Origin: Thermodesulfobacteriota bacterium
GTDB taxonomy: Bacteria; Desulfobacterota; WTBG01; JAGOGO01
Direction of reading: 5' to 3'
NCBI GenBank assembly: GCA_026625185.1
Contig: CP113000.1
Span: 1,905,622-1,937,621, forward strand
Length of the DNA: 32,000 bases
Part shown: positions 15,722-22,613 of the stretch, piece by piece
Layout: every line of letters starts with the position of its first letter
Position numbering within the stretch: position 1 is the stretch's first letter
Made by a program: the position numbers and the translations under genes
Notes under the pieces: model-generated
The model's database searches: none
The model's input: only the letters and a program-made list of their open reading frames with translations
What the model was told of the DNA's origin: nothing

Positions 15722-16058
15722 GTGCTCAAAATCCAGGCGGCTGTCCTGCGTAAGCGGGGTGGCCCTTTGAAGATCGAATCTCTTGAGCTGGAAGGTCCTC
15801 GAGGCGATGAAGTCCTGGTGCGCATTGTTGCCTCGGGCATCTGTCATACTGATATAAGCTTCTGCGACGGCTGGGAAAAAACCGATGGCCCAGTGGTTCT
15901 GGGGCATGAGGGCGCTGGGATCGTGGATTAGGTCGGCAAGAAAGGGGAAAATGTCAAGCGCGGGGACCATGTTGTGCTTTCTTACCAGTCCTGCGGTCAA
16001 TGCCGATGCCAAGCGTGAGAGCACCATCAAGCCGGTGCTGCGCATCAGCGAGGTCTAG
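15722..16058 (+). pseudogene. Zn-dependent alcohol dehydrogenase relic (premature stop plus large internal deletion)
   Basis: Track ORF 15722..15931 encodes an ADH N-terminus (VRIVASGICHTDISF...VVLGHEGAGIVD) and ends at a TAG. The same frame continues VGKKGENVKRGDHVVLSYQSCGQCRCQA*. A +1 shift then reads ...ESTIKPVLRISEV*, which is a typical ADH extreme C-terminus. The roughly 250-aa middle, including the Rossmann domain, is absent. Confidence 0.7.
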
Positions 16059-16103
16059 GGAAAAACATGTCGGTAGGTATTTTATGAGAGATACCTTTAA
16101 GAG

Positions 16104-16862
16104 TCAATTGAAGCCTTCACAGAAGGCATGAATATTTTTACCCAAATCTTCGTAACAGTATCCTCCCTCCAGCAGAGCATACCTTCTCCCGCGGCAGTGT
16201 TTTTCTGAAAAGTCCTTCATCATTTTCCCGATTTCTTGGAAAGCAGCAGTGGAAAGTTTATGCCCCCAGTCCTCTATATATTCGTCGAACCCCGCAGAAG
16301 CCGAAATTATATCATGGTCGCCCGCTCGGTTTAAGGCAGAGGAAATTTCTTCGAGATAACTCTTTTCATGACGGCCTTTTGGGTTAAGAATATTAAACCC
16401 CGGTTTTCTTCCGAGGATATTGATATTGCCATCCCCGGTGTGCAGGTCAAAGTCGAGGATAAAGGCAGATTTGATTTTTTCTTCTGCCTCGAGTTTTAAA
16501 AGGGACACCGACATATTATTGAAGAAGCAAAACCCCCAGCAACTATTACTGGAGGCATGGTGCCCGGGCGGTCGGATGCAGGCAAAGGTCGGTTCGCCGG
16601 CCCAGGCAAGTTCAGCCGCTTTGATGGCTCCGCCGGCAGAGAGAAGCGCCATGGTGTAAACGATATCGTCTCGCTTTACGTTTTCAATATGGCGAGCCGA
16701 GTGCGCCCGCAGGATATCCTTAGTTTCAGCTGGCGGGGGGTGAATAAGTTTATAGTGGGGATATTTCTTAAGCTCCTGCATGATCGGCTCCATCCTTCCC
16801 GGAGCGGCCGCTGGGTCAGCATCATAGGTTTCGTAGAATTTTTCGTGGAAGATAATATTCAT
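16104..16862 (-). CDS. Compact histone-deacetylase-family (arginase/deacetylase fold) Zn-amidohydrolase
   Basis: 252 aa with IRPPGHHA, DFDLHTGDG, SAGFDEY and LLEGGY, so catalytic and Zn-ligand residues are retained. It starts 27 nt downstream of cstA on the same strand. Confidence 0.85.
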   Translation of the reverse strand: MNIIFHEKFYETYDADPAAAPGRMEPIMQELKKYPHYKLIHPPPAETKDILRAHSARHIENVKRDDIVYTMALLSAGGAIKAAELAWAGEPTFACIRPPGHHASSNSCWGFCFFNNMSVSLLKLEAEEKIKSAFILDFDLHTGDGNINILGRKPGFNILNPKGRHEKSYLEEISSALNRAGDHDIISASAGFDEYIEDWGHKLSTAAFQEIGKMMKDFSEKHCRGRRYALLEGGYCYEDLGKNIHAFCEGFN

Positions 16863-16889
16863 GCGATCCTCCCTATATTTCCGGTGATT

Positions 16890-18836
16890 TTAAGATACCC
16901 TTTTTTGTGCAATCATTTCTGTGGTGTTTACCGGTTTTTCAGAGAGAAAAAATCGGCACCACTTTATGACCGAGTCAATAACGATAATCAGGGCCAGGCA
17001 AATCATTATGCCCACTAAGATGGCATCGATTTTATAGTTAAAGGCATCAGGAACCGATGATAATGCCTTAGCCGAAAAATCTTTGAGGAGCTTAAAAGAA
17101 GCGGTGAAAGTAGTTACGGCCATAAAGAGCATAGGTATAAACGTTACCCAGATATATTTAGTTTTGTGCATCTTGATGAGAAAGGTCGTGCCGATACATA
17201 GGGCCAGCATTCCTAAGAGCTGGTTAGCGGTTCCAAAGATAGGCCAGATAACCGATATGGAACCGGTGTAGATAAAATACCCCCAGCTTAAGACGACCAG
17301 GAAGCTGGCTACAAGATTGCCGGTAATAGAACTTAAATTTCCAAAGGGTTTATAAACATACCCCCCTAATTCCTGCACCACATAGCGGGCCACCCTGGTA
17401 CCCGCGTCAATCGTGGTAAGGATAAAAAGCGCTTCGAACATCAAAGCAAACTGATACCAGTAAGCCATGAGATGTTTTAAAAAGGGAAGAGATGAAAAGA
17501 TATAGGCCATCCCAACTGCCAAGGAAACTGCTCCTCCCGGCCTTCCTTGCAAGCTTACCCCTATTATTGAGGAAAGTTCATTAATTTTAGCCACCGGAAA
17601 TCCGAGATCGGCAAGCTCTAAGAAACTGAGTTTGGAGTTAATGGCGAAGTAATCTCCCGGGATGAGAACAGTAGCAGCGATTAAAGCAATGATAGCCACA
17701 AACCCTTCGGTGAGCATAGCTCCATAGCCGATTGCTCGCGCAAAACTTTCCTTTTCAATCATCTTGGGAGTAGTGCCGGAGGATATAATTGAGTGAAAAC
17801 CGGAAAGCGCACCACAGGCAATAGTGATGAATACAAAGGGGAAAACTGCTCCCGGAATAATAGGCCCGCCGCCATGGATGAACTGAGTAAGCGGCGGCAT
17901 GAGCAGGTGGGGATGAACGATAACTATCCCGATAGTCAGCAGAATAATGACGCCGATTTTCATAAATGAGGAAAGGTAATCCCGGGGAGCCAAGAGCAAC
18001 CACACGGGAAGGACGGAAGCCACGAATCCATAGATGGCCAGAAGAATAGACAGAAAATTTTTATCCAGATCAAAGAACGAAGATAAGGGCGATGAGGGGA
18101 TCGCCCTCCCGAATATTACCGTGAGAATGAGCAGGGTAATCCCTATCAGGGAAACCTCAGCGACCTTATTGGGTCGTAAGGACTTCATGTAAATTCCCAT
18201 GAAAAGGGCAATGGGGATGGTCATAGCGATAATAAAGACGCCCCAGGGGTTATGGAATAAGGAGTTTATTACCGCCAGTCCCAAACCGGCAATGGTTATG
18301 ATCAAAATAAAAAGGATCGCAACCAAGGCAGCCCCGCCCGTTAGAGGACCCACTTCATATTTTGCAATTTGGGCAAGTGATTTGCCATCTCTCCTAATAG
18401 AGGCAACTAAAACAATAAAATCGTGTACCCCTCCGGCCAGAACCGCACCAATCAGAACCCAGAGAAAACCCGGAAGATAGCCAAACTGAGCGGCCAGCAC
18501 CGGTCCGATAAGAGGTCCGGCGCCGGCGATAGCCGCAAAATGGTGGCCAAAAAGAACCCATTTGTTGGTAGGATAAAAGTTTTTTCCGTCGTTTAAACGA
18601 AAGGCCGGGGTTATTCTCCGATCATCGAGCGCTAAAACCTTGGCAGCCAGAAAAGCCCCGTAAAACCGATAAGCGAGGGCAAAAAAACACCCGGCCGCGA
18701 TCACCAGCCAGAGGGCATTGATATGTTCTGAGGGATTAAAAATCCCGGTTACCATGGCAAAAGCAAGAGCAAAAAGAAACGCGACCGAGGCCCACAGAAG
18801 ATATAATATTACTTTCAAAATCTGTCTCCGATTCAT
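16890..18836 (-). CDS. cstA: Carbon starvation protein A (peptide/pyruvate transporter family)
   Basis: 648 aa, polytopic. CstA signature FGHHFAAIAGAGPLIGPVLAAQFGYLPGFLWVLIGAVLAGGVHDF. Confidence 0.92.
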   Translation of the reverse strand: MNRRQILKVILYLLWASVAFLFALAFAMVTGIFNPSEHINALWLVIAAGCFFALAYRFYGAFLAAKVLALDDRRITPAFRLNDGKNFYPTNKWVLFGHHFAAIAGAGPLIGPVLAAQFGYLPGFLWVLIGAVLAGGVHDFIVLVASIRRDGKSLAQIAKYEVGPLTGGAALVAILFILIITIAGLGLAVINSLFHNPWGVFIIAMTIPIALFMGIYMKSLRPNKVAEVSLIGITLLILTVIFGRAIPSSPLSSFFDLDKNFLSILLAIYGFVASVLPVWLLLAPRDYLSSFMKIGVIILLTIGIVIVHPHLLMPPLTQFIHGGGPIIPGAVFPFVFITIACGALSGFHSIISSGTTPKMIEKESFARAIGYGAMLTEGFVAIIALIAATVLIPGDYFAINSKLSFLELADLGFPVAKINELSSIIGVSLQGRPGGAVSLAVGMAYIFSSLPFLKHLMAYWYQFALMFEALFILTTIDAGTRVARYVVQELGGYVYKPFGNLSSITGNLVASFLVVLSWGYFIYTGSISVIWPIFGTANQLLGMLALCIGTTFLIKMHKTKYIWVTFIPMLFMAVTTFTASFKLLKDFSAKALSSVPDAFNYKIDAILVGIMICLALIIVIDSVIKWCRFFLSEKPVNTTEMIAQKRVS

Positions 18837-18990
18837 AGGAACCTAAAATGACTATAGAAGATTATGTTCAAAGTTTAAATGATAATAGAAGTAATTGCAA
18901 ATATCTTAAAGTAAACATAATAATGATTTATTGTCATGAAGATCTGGAAAGAAAATGTATTTATTAAAGGATAATCTCAGTAATTTTGTT

Positions 18991-19019
18991 TTGACACTTT
19001 TATATTGCCACGATAATAT
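18991..19019 (+). promoter_or_regulatory. Sigma-70-type promoter of the sulfotransferase-cysC pair
   Basis: TTGACA, 17 nt, TAATAT, about 25 nt upstream of ATG 19043. Confidence 0.5.
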
Positions 19020-19042
19020 TACTTTTTTAAAATGGAATTTCT

Positions 19043-19633
19043 ATGGAAAAAAAACCTCTTTTGAGAAATTTTATTACTGTGGTTTCCGGTCTGCCGCGCT
19101 CCGGCACCTCGATGATGATGCAAATACTTAAAGCCGGAGGGATGGAAGTTGTCACCGACGAAGTTAGAAGGGCAGATGAAGATAACCCGCGAGGTTATTT
19201 TGAATTGGAACAGGTAAAAAAGCTAAAGGAGAGTAGCGCGTGGCTTGCTGACTGTCGAGGGAAGGCGGTTAAAGTAATTTCCATGCTTCTCTTTGACCTG
19301 CCTTCTAACCATCATTATAAAATAATTTTTATGCAGCGACCAACCGAAGAAATGCTCGCCTCCCAAAGGATTATGCTGGAAAGACGGGGAGAAACAAAGG
19401 ATGGGATTAGTGATGAGCACATGGCAGAAAAGTTTGAGAAACATCTCAAGCAGGTTGAGCATTGGATTGCGCAGCAAAAAAATATGGAAGTTCTCTATGT
19501 CCCTTATAATGAAGTAATCAAAAACCCACTGCTTTACTCTGAAAAAGTGAATGGGTTTTTAGGGCAAGATTTTAATACAAAAACTATGGCAGAAGCGGTT
19601 GAGGAAACATTTTACCGGCAGCGAAAAGAGTAA
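19043..19633 (+). CDS. PAPS-dependent sulfotransferase family protein (substrate unknown)
   Basis: 196 aa. The 5'-phosphosulfate-binding loop GLPRSGTSMM is near the N-terminus, with a later R-x7-S-like segment FMQRPTEEMLAS. It lies directly upstream (14 nt) of cysC. Confidence 0.75.
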   Translation: MEKKPLLRNFITVVSGLPRSGTSMMMQILKAGGMEVVTDEVRRADEDNPRGYFELEQVKKLKESSAWLADCRGKAVKVISMLLFDLPSNHHYKIIFMQRPTEEMLASQRIMLERRGETKDGISDEHMAEKFEKHLKQVEHWIAQQKNMEVLYVPYNEVIKNPLLYSEKVNGFLGQDFNTKTMAEAVEETFYRQRKE

Positions 19634-19647
19634 AAATTAATGGGATA

Positions 19648-20265
19648 ATGGGTATGACTGAGCAAAAGGCAACCTACATTCAGTGGCATCACGGGGCCAT
19701 TACCCGGGCCGACCGAGAACGTCTTAACGGCCATCTAAGCTTTACGATTTGGTTTACCGGGCTTCCTTCATCCGGCAAATCAACGCTCGCCGTGGCGCTT
19801 GAAGAAGTTTTGTTTGAACGAGGTTTTCATACCTTTATCCTCGACGGCGATAACGTTCGCCATGGCCTTAATAAAAATCTGGGTTTTTCCCCTGAAGAAC
19901 GAACAGAAAATATTCGGAGGATTGGGGAAGTGGCAAAGCTTTTTCGCGACGCCGGTATTATCAATATGACGGCCTTTATTTCACCGTATCGCCACGATCG
20001 ACAGACGGCCAGGGAATTATCGAATGATAAATCATTTATTGAAGCCTTTGTGGATTGTCCGATTGAGGTCTGCGAGCAACGTGATCCCAAGGGAGCGTAT
20101 AAAAAAGCACGGGAAGGCATCATTAAAGACTTTACCGGTGTCAACGCTCCTTACGAAGCACCGGAAGATCCCGAGATCCATTTACACACTGATAAGATGT
20201 CAGTCAAAGAGTGTGTTCAGATAATAATGGATTACCTAATCAAAAATAAATTCATTCCTGAATAA
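19648..20265 (+). CDS. cysC: Adenylyl-sulfate (APS) kinase
   Basis: 205 aa. P-loop WFTGLPSSGKST, ILDGDNVRHGLNKNLGFS and ISPYRHDR are classic CysC motifs. Confidence 0.92.
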   Translation: MGMTEQKATYIQWHHGAITRADRERLNGHLSFTIWFTGLPSSGKSTLAVALEEVLFERGFHTFILDGDNVRHGLNKNLGFSPEERTENIRRIGEVAKLFRDAGIINMTAFISPYRHDRQTARELSNDKSFIEAFVDCPIEVCEQRDPKGAYKKAREGIIKDFTGVNAPYEAPEDPEIHLHTDKMSVKECVQIIMDYLIKNKFIPE

Positions 20266-20300
20266 TGATACGCGATAACACCCGGATTTACCACGTGTGA

Positions 20301-20327
20301 AAGCCCCCTAAGGGGGTTTATTTTTTT
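20301..20327 (+). terminator. Terminator after cysC, overlapping the sirtuin stop codon
   Basis: AAGCCCCC-taa-GGGGGTTT hairpin followed by TTTATTTTTTT. Confidence 0.6.
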
Positions 20328-21139
20328 AAAAATTTTACAATTTGGGGAAGGGCTTCACTGCTTTTTTCTGAACAGTAGTAACCATTGGTAACGCTGATTG
20401 CCATTTGACTGAAGGGATTCGGCTCCGGGTTTATGTCAATCAGTGCTCCTCCCCGATGCACTACTGTCACCCCCACTTGCATGGGCAGGTTAGTAGCTCC
20501 TGAGGTACCTACCACCAGCAAAAGATCGGTCTTTTCTGCTTTTCGGAGTGAGCTATAAAAACGAAAAAATTTTTCGTCATAACATTCGTCGAACCAAAGA
20601 ACGTGAGGCCGCGCGATAGCTCCGCATTGACTGCAGGTCAAGAGTTTCTTTTCCGTTTCGGTTATAGGAGCGGTTTTGTCTTTGAAAGGAATTTTGTTCG
20701 GAAGGGGAACTATCAAATCACTACATTCATCTGAACAGCGCATAAAATTTAAGTTTCCATGAATTTGATAGGTGCGGTCAGGACTATTACCCGCGCGCAG
20801 GTGAAGCCCATCAACGTTTTGGGTAATCAACACAAAACGGTCTTGAAAAACTTTTTCTAATTCCACTATCGCCAAATGACCTAAATTTGGTTCGGCTTGA
20901 GCGCAAACTGTCTTACGGTAAAGATACCACTGCCATACCTCATAGGGTTTCATTTTAAACATGCGGAAGGTAGCCATTTCTTCCGGATGATATTCTTTAG
21001 AACCCACGGTCCAGTAACCGTCCTTGCCGCGAAATGTCGGTATACCACTCTCAGAAGAAATCCCCGCGCCCGTCAAAACCGTAATGTTACCTTCCGATTT
21101 TTTAAAATGTTCTAAAGCCGTTATCAATTTTGCATCCAT
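20318..21139 (-). CDS. cobB: NAD-dependent protein deacylase, SIR2 family (canonical sirtuin)
   Basis: 273 aa with the full sirtuin motif set: GAGISSESGIPTFRG, PNLGH, TQNVDGLHLRAGN, catalytic QIHGN, Zn-ribbon cysteines (RCSDEC ... CSQCG), RPHVLWFDE and VVGTS. GAGGG RBS upstream. Confidence 0.9.
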   Translation of the reverse strand: MDAKLITALEHFKKSEGNITVLTGAGISSESGIPTFRGKDGYWTVGSKEYHPEEMATFRMFKMKPYEVWQWYLYRKTVCAQAEPNLGHLAIVELEKVFQDRFVLITQNVDGLHLRAGNSPDRTYQIHGNLNFMRCSDECSDLIVPLPNKIPFKDKTAPITETEKKLLTCSQCGAIARPHVLWFDECYDEKFFRFYSSLRKAEKTDLLLVVGTSGATNLPMQVGVTVVHRGGALIDINPEPNPFSQMAISVTNGYYCSEKSSEALPQIVKFLKK

Positions 21140-21234
21140 CTTTTTTCCCTCAATTTCAGGATTTTGGGGAGCCGTTATTCTACTTTTATGCTCTTTCTGA
21201 GAATCTTTTCATATTTTCATGTCCTTCATGTAAT

Positions 21235-21444
21235 TCATTTGTCATTTTTTACCCCCTTTCTTTCAAATTGTTTGCGGATTTCTTCCAGCTTTGCCTCCAG
21301 AGATTCGCCTGGTGCTACCAAAAAAATTTGCTTGGTTTTAAGGTCCACATAGCGGCAGCAATTTTCACCGTTGGGCCCGGGCCGCATTCCGAGAAAAAAA
21401 CATTCCGGTTTTGAATTATCCACTTCTTCGTCTTCCACGTTCAC
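21235..21444 (-). CDS. Hypothetical small protein (69 aa; doubtful start)
   Basis: ORF only, with a GTG start and no clear RBS. The product ...ECFFLGMRPGPNGENCCRYVDLKTKQIFLVAPGESLEAKLEEIRKQFE has no recognised motif. Phe-rich ORFs overlap on the opposite strand. Confidence 0.3.
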   Translation of the reverse strand: MNVEDEEVDNSKPECFFLGMRPGPNGENCCRYVDLKTKQIFLVAPGESLEAKLEEIRKQFERKGVKNDK

Positions 21445-21487
21445 TTTCTTTTTTTCTGGCGACTTAAAAATTTCATGGCGTGAACCC

Positions 21488-21973
21488 CTATTTATTATCC
21501 TCCATTTTTTCTATCTTCTCTCTAACCTCGGCTAAACCGCCCCATCCGCCTAAACAAGCTAAATATCCAAAAAACCATAAAAACCCTTTTTCAATTTCTT
21601 TTGAGTAGCCACCTTTTGCCAACATATCCGAAAAAATTTGTTTTAAAAGATTTTTACTTACCTCGTCACTAGAAATGGAGCTCTTCCAAAATGGGTTTGA
21701 CCTCCCCATAATAAATTCCTGTGTTAGCACTCCATACTTCGCTCCAGTGATAAAATCTTTCTTATCATCCCCACTTGCTTTTACAGACCAATAGGAAGTT
21801 CCCCGCTTTTTCTTTTTTATAAAAGGCAAGTCTTCAATTTTTCGATTTTCACAAATTCTTCTTTCCTTTTCCCAATCTCCAGCCTTTGAAATAACCCCAT
21901 CATTTTTTCTAGGCATAACCCTAAGGCCAATTTTTGCTTTTGAAAGATCAATTACTTTCCCTTTTTCTTCCAT
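21488..21973 (-). CDS. Hypothetical protein, 161 aa, Lys-rich with a C-terminal hydrophobic Gly/aromatic segment
   Basis: ATG preceded by AAAGGAGAG. No signal peptide. C-terminal FLWFFGYLACLGGWGGL is a possible membrane anchor. It starts 17 nt downstream of the preceding gene on the same strand. Confidence 0.55.
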   Translation of the reverse strand: MEEKGKVIDLSKAKIGLRVMPRKNDGVISKAGDWEKERRICENRKIEDLPFIKKKKRGTSYWSVKASGDDKKDFITGAKYGVLTQEFIMGRSNPFWKSSISSDEVSKNLLKQIFSDMLAKGGYSKEIEKGFLWFFGYLACLGGWGGLAEVREKIEKMEDNK

Positions 21974-21990
21974 GGTGCTCTCCTTTCGGA

Positions 21991-22509
21991 TTATTTGCCT
22001 TCCTTACCATTGTTGCAAATTATTTTAAGGAGCTGTTCTTCAATGCTGTTAGGAGTTATTTCGCTGAATAGTGGATCGGGAGGGTTTTCATTATGGATAA
22101 CATTCTCTCCGGAATCAAACCAAGCCGAAGACATAACCTTAATCCTGTTTTTTACACAATCTATTTCATATCTGTCTATCCGGTGGTTTATATTTTCTTT
22201 TTTAATGCGGTCTTTTTGTGAAAGTTCTGCTTCTTTTTGGGCGTTATAAAACTCAGGAGGTTCATAACTTAAAGAAGGAGGTTTGTTATGTTGGATTTTT
22301 TTTATAAAGTCTGCTTTTGCTTGATCGGATAACACTATCTTTGTCCATATTTTTGCCGTGTCCTGATCACGAGAAACGCTTTGGATATCATAGAACCACT
22401 CGTTGTTATCCGCATCCTTGCCAAAAGATTTCCAATCAGCACCATACCCAACCGATGAGAGAAGAATCAGAAGCATTGTGCCGATTAATATTTTTCGCAT
22501 TTTTGTCAT
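21991..22509 (-). CDS. Small secreted protein, surface-adhesin-E-like pattern
   Basis: Signal peptide MTKMRKILIGTMLLILLSSVGYG/ADW. The W...EWFYDIQSV....AKIWTKIV ... RYEIDCVKNRIKVMSSAWFDSGENVI pattern resembles the Adhesin_E (protein E) family as I recall it. GGGAGTGAGTGA RBS region upstream. Confidence 0.6.
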   Translation of the reverse strand: MTKMRKILIGTMLLILLSSVGYGADWKSFGKDADNNEWFYDIQSVSRDQDTAKIWTKIVLSDQAKADFIKKIQHNKPPSLSYEPPEFYNAQKEAELSQKDRIKKENINHRIDRYEIDCVKNRIKVMSSAWFDSGENVIHNENPPDPLFSEITPNSIEEQLLKIICNNGKEGK

Positions 22510-22613
22510 TCACTCACTCCCTTTCCAGTTAGTTTTTTATCTCTGAACTTCATTAAATCAAATATTTTTTTGAAATCTTCTTTTCCAATGTTTCAATGAC
22601 ATTCAAATAAATA

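Noticed and set aside
15500-16045. 181-aa minus-strand ORF
   Set aside because: It overlaps the 3' end of the ICMT-like gene and runs antisense to a clearly recognisable ADH N-terminus. It has no motifs. It is a typical shadow ORF in GC-rich sequence.
20318-21139. SIR2-family gene as a dedicated anti-phage NADase effector (ThsA/DSR/SIR2-HerA-like)
   Set aside because: The protein has the complete deacylase motif set, including GAGIS...FRG, TQNVDGLH, catalytic HG and a four-Cys Zn ribbon. It has no fused SLOG, STAND or other sensor domain, is the normal sirtuin size, and shows core-like rather than islet-like composition. It is best read as a housekeeping CobB-type sirtuin. Only its adjacency to the islet is retained, as a caveat in the findings.
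21130-21414. 94-aa and 62-aa + strand ORFs between the sirtuin and the islet
   Set aside because: They are extremely Phe/Leu/Ser-rich products of a T-rich strand. They overlap each other and the minus-strand 69-aa ORF, and no RBS is present. Coding status of the whole 21140-21444 stretch remains uncertain.
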